Positions 24,701 through 34,304 of a stretch of DNA of 64,000 nucleotides are shown one piece after another. The translations under genes and the position numbers were made by a program. The stretch's first letter is position 1, and each line of letters starts with the position of its first letter. The DNA lies in the NCBI GenBank assembly GCA_001643675.2, contig LSRY02000027.1:496001-560000 (forward strand). The letters run 5' to 3'. Under the pieces are notes generated by a model. That model was given only the letters and a program-made list of their open reading frames with translations, made no database searches and was not told the DNA's origin. This DNA comes from Monocercomonoides exilis PA203. Lineage: Eukaryota > Protista > Preaxostyla.

Positions 24701-25452
24701 AGTGGAGGAAGATTTGGAGATGGTCTTGTTGACCCAGGAGCAGATATTGGTTGAGAGGGTTTCAGTTTGTCAAACGATTGCAAAGGAGAAGAAAATGAAT
24801 CTTCAAAAAACGAAAGGGATGGCTTATGAGAAATTCTTTCAGAGTTGGATGTATGTTGTTGATGCGTATGGATCTCTGGAATTGACGGAATTGGTTCTGA
24901 ACTTGTCATCTGAAATGATGAAAGAGGAGAACAATACTGTTCTCTCTTTGAATCAAAAAATGAAGTCGATGATTTACTAGGACGATGCACAACTTTGTTT
25001 CCTTCTGTCGAATGGATTGTCTGGTTACTTTTATCATCGGAAGAAGCGAAAAATTGTGATAAAGGCAACGAAGGTTGTTGATAAGTTTGATTATTTGATT
25101 GAGATTGTGTGGATGCTGGAGGATCGGAAATTATTTGAGTTGAAATTGAATTTGAAGGAGGGAAAAAAGATTTCGGAAGCTCTGCGCTGAAAGATTGTTG
25201 GTGAAAAATCTTTTGAGTCTTATCTTGTGTTAAAGCTTGCTGTTGGGGGAAAAAAGAAATCGAAGGGTGTATAACTGTTGATTGTTTCGATGGTTCCATT
25301 TGGGAAGTTGAAGTTAAGTATTGCTGTCCGACAAAAGAGCAGCTTTCGAAAGAAGTGCTGATATTTTGTTGCTTAGGAGCAGAATCCTGTTGAATTGCGG
25401 GAACAAAAAAAGTAATCAACTTTTCATGCTCCCTAAAATGTCGGTCTGTCAT
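18751..25452 (-). CDS. 2233-aa Ser/Pro-rich largely disordered protein with a probable fragmented ANTH (Sla2/HIP1-like) domain
   Basis: Single uninterrupted ORF with poly-Ser and acidic tracts. FLSELTQRPMKQNALVCLKSIALLLRVIQHAPP and SLLIPLLSFAIAKVKFFVTNSRGLDGSY resemble ANTH helices. The ORF is secure; the domain call is tentative. Confidence 0.7.
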   Translation of the reverse strand: MTDRHFREHEKLITFFVPAIQQDSAPKQQNISTSFESCSFVGQQYLTSTSQMEPSKQSTVIHPSISFFPQQQALTQDKTQKIFHQQSFSAELPKSFFPPSNSISTQIISDPPASTQSQSNNQTYQQPSLPLSQFFASSDDKSNQTIHSTEGNKVVHRPSKSSTSFFDSKREQYCSPLSSFQMTSSEPIPSIPEIHTHQQHTSNSERISHKPSLSFFEDSFSSPLQSFDKLKPSQPISAPGSTRPSPNLPPLSVQQQPAAQQHVFHHNAHCSAPSQSASASQWHPVASTSFFASPCSSSTASPSLLNASDISATTSMMTSTAFTTSTSSSSAFSSSVPQNTPTVSPALSSTSMQSPKQPIIHSPTIYSDSNTTSLPYQPSGTSFFAQTMQPLSQQKQVDITDILSVFEKEKQKERVVSDILDMFTDAKAKQENTNTEATRTAKTAPQVAHSRTFSSVNDNQLSSNVQVTTDLSSYSGAAGKSAPMTPIQASPSIDRTNPHSLFAAQGSLVMSSHGHTTSSGFLSPIASPGLDSARAASVGSLVKSAIEREAKAKERGERLRQLSQRFMAQFFVDTREFGDSDGEEERKRAEAEDSSSESSLDEFGEDSLSEETVGDNWNLVDDAEDDGEEGDGEGEDDDDLIDFDFWGEAEKDVERGKKQLSADSEAAATTFAAPSARPPSAILGSTAEKERFEEYGDDSEDEDDFEYDNRRMTHEQLRRMKKKERKESLHISRDRHSQKKASQPEKNEKSSQSKPLSGSFLSAFRSPDALKAQPAADHHTDGMGFHIWTSPSNASNSTQHKQNTSKLITPQRVYPPPTHSRSSSQQMFHTPMHSPSSSYSSTSSTISSSANVMAATLSSSSSSSSSSSLTVNQSKVQTPIKSPSPNAPSPSPQPFSQLQPQPQPSTPSRSAAQSTLPSSTQHSARPSLSVQQSQPHKHNHPHRSVLRFLLPSPDPECNLAYFVTSRFPTTNLAFFERQRATSSSSSLLSRWVLLLTGSLLPNSKVLSNPNYQVSLNEAFSAFSEAAASLSHRPAVFPLSFSLSFSPLKPNSANVLQMQQLSSSYQSNSTALLSTQMSSSVLRPPSAVPGSSTNTPLSSSSSSSSSSSSSSSNLSSSSSPTPSPSSSSNTITSASSSTSSSSSSSSSSSSSSSISSSSSSSSSSSYSSSRRRKRLYPTRLTAMPHSILKYVLADQWTHYLDFGCRWSPDTKISCTQLLSVRPDLADSSPPVSFGTINNINSINSINNMNNINSISQSFDRLTTGSDAAHSAKLPAQPLSHSQHHMRTSSTSSARSTDTSAVSSDPYSNVFISPNTIIDTFTPSFSSYSSSSSSSPPSSSPSSSTLPPSSSPPLRCLPSCPFDTSYGTSLKWPLWKAHSHPLSHSAFLSELTQRPMKQNALVCLKSIALLLRVIQHAPPAFAIALLNYPGNGGSNSGSSSSSSSSGSSAPGMIGYLDDLFYVWMNKMSTMAVTSSSQGAAALSALDEANGTSTTDSIVSSLLIPLLSFAIAKVKFFVTNSRGLDGSYCPACPFCVCGPEWEECNPSRLLVNSNPKAAMKMAKKKAEEMGDGDGKGGKNISNKQEQMSSSVNNLNANINITAGSTCPSSGNSLHHLCNSISEPSKASLPNYDAAVNLFSTRKICKYHRSVLTTQKKEYFLPSRKTTEKQLNSQKPLPSSDLDALFFTSQIVPSLNSDADYTLCSFTDWFTLLSSSPSFSLYPSRPLAVLAPLLRVMLSAVKACRLVLDVCTTGAATTRGRIGLGVGGSAHSTTASGTSSTGLGIAGGGSGCGGGGGSASSAATSMNPFGSTTSSATSYVAPTSSGMSGDLSSYTMNGDFGSLKRFKGKKRFGSKDLGAPVLADSLSGRDSILTNDRLGDTLRQRSKNAVPLANGSLPQNSIRPTIHSAEPAASEQAEKKHEFDVRWNMAHADSAGTVDKAELNDKIEKGEVSKYSGAGDAGEANGGGVRQSSELGGVGIEVCLALLDELLQGYWCCVHLLWLAVSGAKQNECGSEASSELSANSGEATPATMSPAPFTPPRPASAITPIQTPALSSVPAPSSPTRSPKQPLTEEEVARVTASTPIDDLYRGVVWLGDAIWERLRVTRLCVSVLSHLPRIPLVSEQLSNYIDWEYEEKALAQIEASAEVDILGAFEGGERKNVQSQSQPLQADACQARYPPPLPPLSLLALMPFVGGPFSLNERVIPLALRMSEEEEDLPVSPQGTRKLVGSFFTST

Positions 25453-25929
25453 TAAGAAACTGCTAACTAGTTAAAAACCACTTCCTCTTAATTCCCAAAT
25501 TTTTTAATATCTGTTAAGGGTGAAATTTTCAAAGTCTTTAACAATACAAAAAAGTTATTTCAATCAAATATCATGTGAAGAACAAATATCATTTTCTTCA
25601 ACTCACTTAATCTTTTCATATCTTTTCTTTTCTTTTTAATGAAATCGCTTTTTTTAAATAATCTTTTCATATATAAATTTCTAAATATTTCAAATTTCTG
25701 TTTCCACTCATGAAACTTCATTAAAATGGAAGTTAGAATCAGATAATGTGGTTTCAAACATTCAATCGAAGTTTCATGAATGGGAACGTTAATCTTTTCA
25801 AAAAAAGATATTCCAATTTTCGAATGAAAATTAAACAAAATGCTTTTATCAAAAAATAATTAATACTATTTTTTTTTTCAATTTTTTCTTCCAGATAATA
25901 ATCAATTTTCTTCTTCTCTTTCATCTTTT

Positions 25930-26620
25930 TGTTACCTTTCCATTCATCGAAAAATGCTTGATCTGAAACAAAATACCAGAAATTATTCAACCGATTGGAT
26001 ATTTTTTTACGCTGAGCTGAAGGAGTATCAGGTAACTTCACTTATGCAGAATTCAACTGTCCAGACAGCACGCCGTTCTTTTCATATGCAGAATGAATCA
26101 TTGAAGGAAACAATGCAGTTTGGAAAGCCCGTGGCAAGGCATTTGCAACTCCATTTTATCGAATTGATATCAAAGAAGATGATGTAACAACAAATTTTGA
26201 ATAGAAACATCTTTAAAACACAGCAAAAACTCCACAGTCAAGTGATTGCGTTGGATGAGTACTGTCTGGAATAAATGAAACAACGTCAATTGAAACATCT
26301 GCAAATTTTTGCCCAAGATCTGGCTGTGCTCTTGAAGGATATGAATCAAAGAGAAGCATCCATTGGCTTTGTTCATTTCGAGCAATTTTCTTCTTTGAAC
26401 TATTCATGCAGCAGTTTCTCTTCAGCATAGCGAGCAAACAATGCATCAGTCATCCATCCATCATTGTCAACCCAGGCATGAAGCTGCGTGCCGAGCAAGA
26501 CCTTCATTTCTTGTGGTTGTTTTTTTGATGGCCAAAAAATAAGACTTGGCAAAGAATAACCATCAGCAGCATCTGCAACTACAACAGTGGAGTTTGACAA
26601 GTTGATAGGAGCTTTGGAAA
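25930..26620 (-). mobile_element. Decayed pogo/Tigger-type (DDE_1) transposase pseudogene
   Basis: Motifs TVVVADAADGYSLPSLIFW, NDGWMT..LF..Y, LLFDSYPSR and FIPDSTHPTQSLDCGVFAVF match DDE_1 consensus blocks, spread over different frames with stops. Confidence 0.8.
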
Positions 26621-27063
26621 ATCCAGCTGGAACATTTGATTGATGAACAGCTCAACTTTTTGTAGAGCCTGAGAGGTGAAAAGAGGATTCGTCTGAGTTG
26701 AAGATGAGAAAATTGAGTTATCGTGAATTTTGAGAAGAAACAGAATAAATGAAAAAAAAATGTTAAAGAGGCTGCTATTTCTGCACAGATCGACAATGAA
26801 AATTAATATTATGTGAAGTTGTTGTTTTGAGTTCAATTATTCTTATTTCAAACTTGAATAGAACACTTTTTGCATTTTTCATTTTTCTTGTTTTATTCAT
26901 ACCGATGAGTTATCATAAAAAAAAATCACTTCTATTTTTCGAATGAGAAACATATTCGTTTTTCAAAATCATTTATTCAATTTTTCAAAATGCAATTCAC
27001 ATAGCTTCTCATTTGTGATTTTAAACATTCTTTTATTAATAGTGGAAAATAATGATTTTCAAG

Positions 27064-27068
<5 letters not shown>

Positions 27069-27099
<31 letters not shown>
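27069..27099. repeat. poly(T) tract (poly(A) on minus strand)
   Basis: Directly visible. Confidence 0.95.
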
Positions 27100-27100
<1 letters not shown>

Positions 27101-28172
27101 TTCAAAACAAAATAACTTTGTTTCACTCACAAATTAATCAAACTCGCTTTGATTCCCAAATAAATTGGATTTTCATATCCGTGAACGAACTTCATCGTAA
27201 TAATAACATTTTGTTAAGTGACCTCGCAAACTTTTCAAAAAATGAACCATTTTTGTGGATTATTATTTTTTTACGAATAGTTAATCAAAAGTGCATGATT
27301 TTCCGCTGGAAATGCCTGGAGCTCCATATTTTGCCCCAAATGAATGAAAAATTTAATCTTTTTATAATGACGACTCATTTTTTGATAATTATTCCCAATT
27401 GTTCAAAATGAATATTCGAAACAATCTTTTTTTCAATGAAAAATTGGAATTCAAAATTATTCTCTCAAAAAAATTGGGATGCAGTTTCCAAATGTGCAAC
27501 AAAAGCTCCACCTTTAAGTAACTCTTCATTCACCTCAAAAATAACCATAACCACATTTGAACAAAAAGTTTTAACAGTTGAAAATTATCACCCAACTTAT
27601 CCTTTGTTAGTTGAAAATTCATGAAGACATAACTTCTTATCTTATTGAGCACTTTTATTTTTTTTTTAATTTTATTTTATTTAATTTTATTTTATTTTTT
27701 ATGGAATTTGAAACAAAAAAAATATTCATTTCATACAATCCAACTCAATTTTTTTGAAGTTTGCTAAATTTTTCACTTTTTTCCTTTTTTCTCCAAAAAT
27801 CAGCACATTATAAACGCTCATCAAGTTCTTTACTTGTTTCTCCCGCAAAATGACACTCTTTTGAAAAAAATATTCCTTGTTATTTTTCAAAAACAATTAG
27901 CTTGACAAAAAAAATTTAAACTTTAAATTGATAAAGTGAGAAAGAGAGAAAACTGTGAATTTGAAGATGACTATTTTTTTTGATTTTCACGTAAAGAATT
28001 AAAAATGAAAAATCACTTGTAATATATGCTAAACCAAAAATATTGACCAGCAACTAGGTTGGCTATTCACATTCTTCGAATTGTTTATATTTTGGAATTT
28101 TCAACCATAAACATTTTCAGACAAACATAAAAAAATTTTTTGTTAATAAAAGGCAGCTTGTGACTTGGAAAC

Positions 28173-31100
28173 ATGCTGCTGTTTTGGATTTTTGCAACAT
28201 TTTTGCTTGTTTCATTTAGACAGTGCACACTTATTCATTTCAGTCGCGGATTTCATGAAATTTCATTGAAAGAATCAGATCCTGATCTTGGTACATTTAT
28301 TCGCTCAGAAAAATTAAATAGTAGATTTTTTAACATAAATCTCAGGAGAAAATTCGAGTTTTCTAGTCAAATAGTATTGAAAGGTATCTCTATCACTCTG
28401 TCTCTTTTTGATATAAAAATTAAATTAATCTGATTTTAATCTTTGAACAGACATTTCACTGACTCTCATATCATCATTCAATTCAACGCTCACTTCAAAC
28501 ATTTATGAACCTTCGCTATTTTTGTTAGAAAGCGCAACATTGACCTGTGAAAATGTTTTGCTGCCTTTTCCTCGAAATTCAACTGGAATGATAGAATTAT
28601 TGGGGAAATTTCCGTGTAAAATGATGGGGCTTATTATTGCGAGTGATAATGAAGATGATTCCATAAATGGTTGGATTTTTCAAACTGCAGAAACTCCAAT
28701 AGAGATTTACAATTGCACATTTGATTCTTTATCATTTTCATTAAATCCTAACAGTGGCGTTACTAATTCGATTGGTAGACAATGTAATTTTTTAATGTGC
28801 TTTTGTAGGTTTTTTGGAGAAAAAGATATTTCACGTGGAACGTCAGGATTTAGACTTTTTTCAAAAAAGTTATCATCAGTTGACTTGATATGTAATAATA
28901 CTTATTATTCTTCATTGACTGGGACAAACGGGGGAGCACTTTCAATTGCCCCAACGCTATCCAGTTCTGTTAGCTTGGAGGGATGCACCTTCATATCTAA
29001 TACAGCTTCACAATGCGGTGGAGCAGTGTTTATTGATCAAAAATCTGCATCTGTTGCATGTGAGATGCATAAATGTCTTTTTGATCAAAATACTGCGCAA
29101 TTTGGTACGGATATGTTTTTCGTTTATACATACGAGTTGCCGTTTTACGATTATGGAAGTTTTAGTGGATGCATGACCACCACAACCAATGAGAATAGAG
29201 TTCAGTATGTAATTGATGGTGATCCGACATATTTTACTGATCCTTTGTTTCTCAACGATGTTTCTGTATTTGGGATCGGACCGCGTGACATTTCGAAACT
29301 GTTCTACATCTCAAAAAGGAGCATCAGCACAGATGGAGATGGCATCCAATGTGGAAAAGCGGATATTCCCTGCGTCTCTTTCAAGCATTTGTTTGACGTG
29401 AATGTTGAAGATGATGCAGTCGAAACGATTATTGTAGATCAAGGGCAATTCGCAATTCAGCCACTTAACCTTGCTAAAACGCACAGCTTCACCAATCCAA
29501 TAACAATTATTGGATCTGGTTCGTTGCAGACAGTTATTCAGTCAGTGGCAACGACAGACCAATTTATGATAGAAACTGGGCCTGGCCAGTCTTTGCTTCT
29601 TAGTCAGCTGCAGCTGAGGCTTTCGCCTGTGGCAACAGCAACAGGTCTTGTTAGGATTGGCGGCGGAGCTAATTCTCGCGGAGAGTTCGGAGAATTCTGG
29701 ATGAACGACGTGATTGTCTCAGGAATAGAATCATCAACTACACATCAAACTCCATTTATGCTGGAAACTGTCTTCCAAATGAACGGGTTCTTTTTCATTG
29801 AGAATGTGACATTTCACGATATTCATACCCACAATGGATCTTTGTTTCATAATTTCGGAGTGAGGGAATCTGTCATCAAACCCGGACAAAACGCTGAATT
29901 TTTGTTTTGCATCTACAGTCAAATAAGCACTGTTAATGCGCCGTTGTTTATTGGAATGCCTTCAGAAGATTCAGGTGACAGTGCACCAATTTCGTATTCG
30001 CCTTCCTTTGCAATTTTGATCAGAGGCTGCGTTTACGACAGCTGCTGCAGTTCTCTACCAGCAGATTCGCCTTTCACAGGAGCTCTTATGGATTTTAAAA
30101 TATCTTCAGTTAGCGTTCAATACATTGGATGCTGCTTTAGTGGCTGTATGTGTGAATCAAGAAACATGATATCTCTTGATTTTTCATTGCTTCTTCCAGG
30201 GGACACTGCTGGGAAGGTGTCTTTTCTCAACACGAATTTTCTCAACTGCACAGCTGCGTTCCATGGAATGATTGAAACTGCGAGCGAAGTCGGAAGCATT
30301 ATTGATGATTGCACAAAGCATGGCATGATTTTCGTGAAGGCGAGCAAAGAATGGATGGAAAGTGTTAGTTCTGTTGAAGATCAAAGGGTGCTGAATGTGG
30401 AAAGATGCGTCTTTTCTTTTTTCCATTCGTATGTTGGCTCTGCAATTGCAGTACATTTTGCATGCGCTTATATCAGCGACTCTCTTTTTGCTAATCCTCA
30501 GTGCTTCGGAAATGTGCTCTATTTCAACAGCTCAACAGCAACGATAGAAAAGACGATATTCGAAGGGCTATCAATTGAAGAAGAAGAGCCTGTTAAATCC
30601 GGCAGCGCTATTTTGTGCCCAGCAAATAGAAATTTAAGATCAACCACCAGATTTGGACTCATTTATTTTTATAACACTCAATGCAGCATTGTTCAAGGCA
30701 GCTTTACTCATTCACGAATTAGTACTTTAGTCATCGAGGATTCAAATGTGACAGCAACTGAGTCATCGTTTTATCATTGCTATTTCAACATTGGGAATTT
30801 CTCCGACAAAGAGTTAATTTCCACATGCTACGGTAATTCCAACTTGGCGTTTACTGAACTAACTCTCAACAACAAGAGCCCCAGCGACTATGCATCTGAT
30901 CATGCTGCTTCACATTCGATTGGTTTGCTGAGTGATGGAATGTGCCGAATGACGTATCCAACACAGTTTCGTCCGCGCGATCTGCCAATTCCTATGCTCA
31001 ACAGTGCGACGATGTATATCGATGTGAAGAAGAAAGAAGCGTTTATCTACGAAATAGTTGGCAAAGGCTTCTACCCGCTCTCATTTGTTGTTAAGCTTCT

Positions 31101-33085
31101 TGTTGAAAGGGCAGCTGGAAGCACCACCAGAACAGCAAATGAGAACGATGTTGTTGCTGAATTCACGCCTCCACTGACAAGTCAGACGAACATATCATTT
31201 GCGACTGTTGAGATGGAATGGTTTGATCCGCTCAAAAACTCCTATCTGATGTCTGTATCGAATGTTGGAGGCAGACGACCTTCTCAGCTGAATAGAATGA
31301 ACACAATTAGCCAGCAGAAAAGCAACCACAACCAAAACGTCTCTAATTTTGGTGAAGATTCATACAGCAACCCTGTAAATTTAATGGTTGTGGTGATTAA
31401 CGGTCGCAAGTATCAGAACATTATTGAAGCATCACTAGTAAAATGGGGATATTTTATTTTCCCGCCATTTGTCGTGATCCCAATTGGGATACTTGCTGCT
31501 GTTTTAATTTTTAGAAGGAAAAAGCCGAAGAAAGGAACTAAGACATTTGTGAAATATGTGGTTTGTTAAATATTTATGTCAAAAATTTTATATTATCAAA
31601 TGATAATTTTAAAATTTGTGCATTTTGCTTTATTTTTCGTGCCTTTAATTTTATTAGCCGATTCCAAAAGCACCTGTTGTTGTGGCAGATGATCAAAATG
31701 CGATCGAAGAAGATGACTTTGACGATGTGGAATACAACTTCGATTTGAAGGACGAAATTGTGGAAACATTTAAGAAGGAAGAAGGAGCCTTGAATATAAG
31801 CGAACTGTTGGGCTCTGTTATTTCAAAAGAAGACGAGAATGTATTTGAGGCTGGAGATCCTTCAGAAAAGCGTCTTTCAAAGAAGCACAGAGCTAATCAC
31901 AATTCCCAGTCAATGGAGTCATCTGTGTCATCTCAGTCATCTCATCCACTCAGCAACAAATATCCAGATAAAGCAACAATGAAGCACACCAACAAGTCAA
32001 AGCAGACTGCAAAGTTTTATCCAGATGAAGATCTTAAAAATACACATGCCGATAAAAAGAAAGCAAACTCGACATCAAAATATGAGTCGTCTTCTGCGGA
32101 ATTGCCATTAGAGCCTGAAAAGCACCATCATGTTGATGCAACTGCTAAGAAGTCAACTGAAAAGGAGACAAGTCCCGAATTTCTGGCTCAAAGCAAATCA
32201 ACAAAGAAAAGCAGAGACGAAAGAGGGCATTCAAAAGAAAAGCATGCAAAAAGAGGCAGAGCTCGAGCAGGAGGCGATGTTCATCTTCCAGACTCTCCGT
32301 CTGCAGACTCGAGTCAAATGCCTTATTCATCGTGGAGCGTCCGCAGTCAGAGTTCAAACCGCAGCCGCAGCCGCAGTGTAAGCGAAGAGCCAAAATTAGA
32401 TCTGAAATCAAAAGAAAAAGAACGAAGACATAAAACAAAGGACGATGAAGACAGCAGCGCAGAATCTTCATCATCATCAATTATTTCTCGTTCTGAGTCA
32501 AGTGCTGAAGAGATGGACATCAAGCACAACAGCAGGAAAAAGGCAAAAGAGAGTGAAGTTGGTGTTATTGTTGAGCTGAATGGGCCAGACGCGAAAAGCT
32601 CGGCGATAAAGCAAGCGATAAGCGCCATGATGAAAGGGCTGCAGCGCTTTGACGTGCACGATGCGGTTGGGGTTGATGTGACAGCTGCATCAGGCACACT
32701 CTCAGGTCTTGATGCGAGCGCAGCCCTGGACCCGACTCTCCAGCACCATCACACGTATCTCGAGAGGCTGCGCGAGCGGCAGGAACAGGAGCTCAACCAC
32801 AGAGCTGCCCATAAAACAGCCGATCAGCAGTTCCAGACGCGGGTGAGGGTCAAGTTGCATCCAGAGGTGGCTGTTGAAAAAATGAGAAAAGAAAAAAGAG
32901 AAGAAAGGAAAGCGAAAAATGGAAAAGTTTCGAGAGATGTTAAGAGAGAGATTGAAGCACCCAGACGAAGAAAGCAGCATAGAAAGCCCGATGACATTGA
33001 AGGCAATGAGGCTGCGCATAAACATTTGGCTGATGAAGATGAGGAACTGATTGAACAGGATTTGGCAAAAAATAACTTTCAATGA
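28173..33085 (+). CDS. Type-I membrane protein (~1580 aa) of the same GGA-repeat family, with a long charged low-complexity cytoplasmic tail; 3 exons
   Basis: Exons 28173-28383, 28451-31560 and 31658-33085. Introns GTATCT...GAACAG and GTTTGT...ATTAG both preserve frame and join ORFs 28173, 28522 and 31682. Signal peptide MLLFWIFATFLLVSF; GGAL/GGAV + FxxN motifs; CGKADIPC; TM near 31445-31512. Confidence 0.8.
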
Positions 33086-34304
33086 AACATTCTTTGAATA
33101 ATAATAATTGGAAGAAGAAAGGGGCTTATTCAACTTTTGCAATGAAATTGAACACAAGCAAATGAAGAATTCTTCAAAAATTAAATCGACAATTTTCACA
33201 AAGATATTGCGACCTCTTAATCACAAATTGTTTCAGAAACGATATACAAAGTTGAAGTGACTAAATTTAATTATTTCTTAGTGAGTTTAATCAGAAAATT
33301 TAGTTTTGATGAATTGAAAAAGATTCTCATTAACTATCTTTCGAAATATTACAGAAAATTTTGATTGTTTATAATTATTATCCAGTCAGCAGAACTTCTA
33401 AAAGTTTGATGTGTTAAAATCGCAATAATGACTTGCATTGTATCACTTTGCCGCAAGTTATACCACCTTTCAATGATTTCTTACTGAATATGACATTCAT
33501 TTATTTCCTTTTCATATTTCTTTCTTTTTATTTTGTTATTTCCAGAATATTTTTTATGAAATAAAAGTGTGTTTTTTTTTTCGCTTGAAGACAACATTTC
33601 CTTTTGTTGATAAAGCGCATTGTGATTATTTATCTGAGCACATTTTAGATTTTTTTAAATCTTTTCTTTATCAAAAATTTCAATTGATCATTAATTATTA
33701 AACGAAATTGTTTCAAACAAATTATCACTTTTTTTATGTAGCACTGCTTTATGTATTCTGCACTTGTACGCTTTTTGTTTTCAATAACAATTCATACCTT
33801 TGTCTTTTTTTTAAACGATAATATTTGTTTCTCAAATTTTGTTTTGTGAACATGTTAAGAACCGCATTCCTATTTGTTTGTTTTTGATTTTTATTTTTAA
33901 TATTTTAAAAATTTGACTCCTTTGTAAAAGAAGTTTTCTTTTTTTGTTCTTGATCTTATGTGGTTATGAACTCTAACAAAAGTTTTCCTTCATAAAAAAA
34001 AAAAAAAAATCAAATATGTTCATAATAATATTCCTATTTTAACAATCTCTGAAAAACGAAGGGAAAACAAAAACAATTGAACATTCTTCTGAATAAAAGA
34101 AGAAAAATATAAACTCAATGCTATCATATGTTTGAAAATATTCCATATGAATTGTAAATTCAAAAACTTCATGAATGAGGTAAAGTTAAAAAGATAAAAT
34201 AACAAAAAATCCTTATGTAAAAAAAAAAAAAATAAACTAACCACTTCTTAATAATCTTAAAGCAAACATAACTATACAATCACTAACAAATTAAAAAATC
34301 GATC

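Noticed and set aside
31682-33085. 467-aa ORF as a separate gene
   Set aside because: Its start is GTG and it splices in frame to the upstream membrane protein via intron 31561-31657
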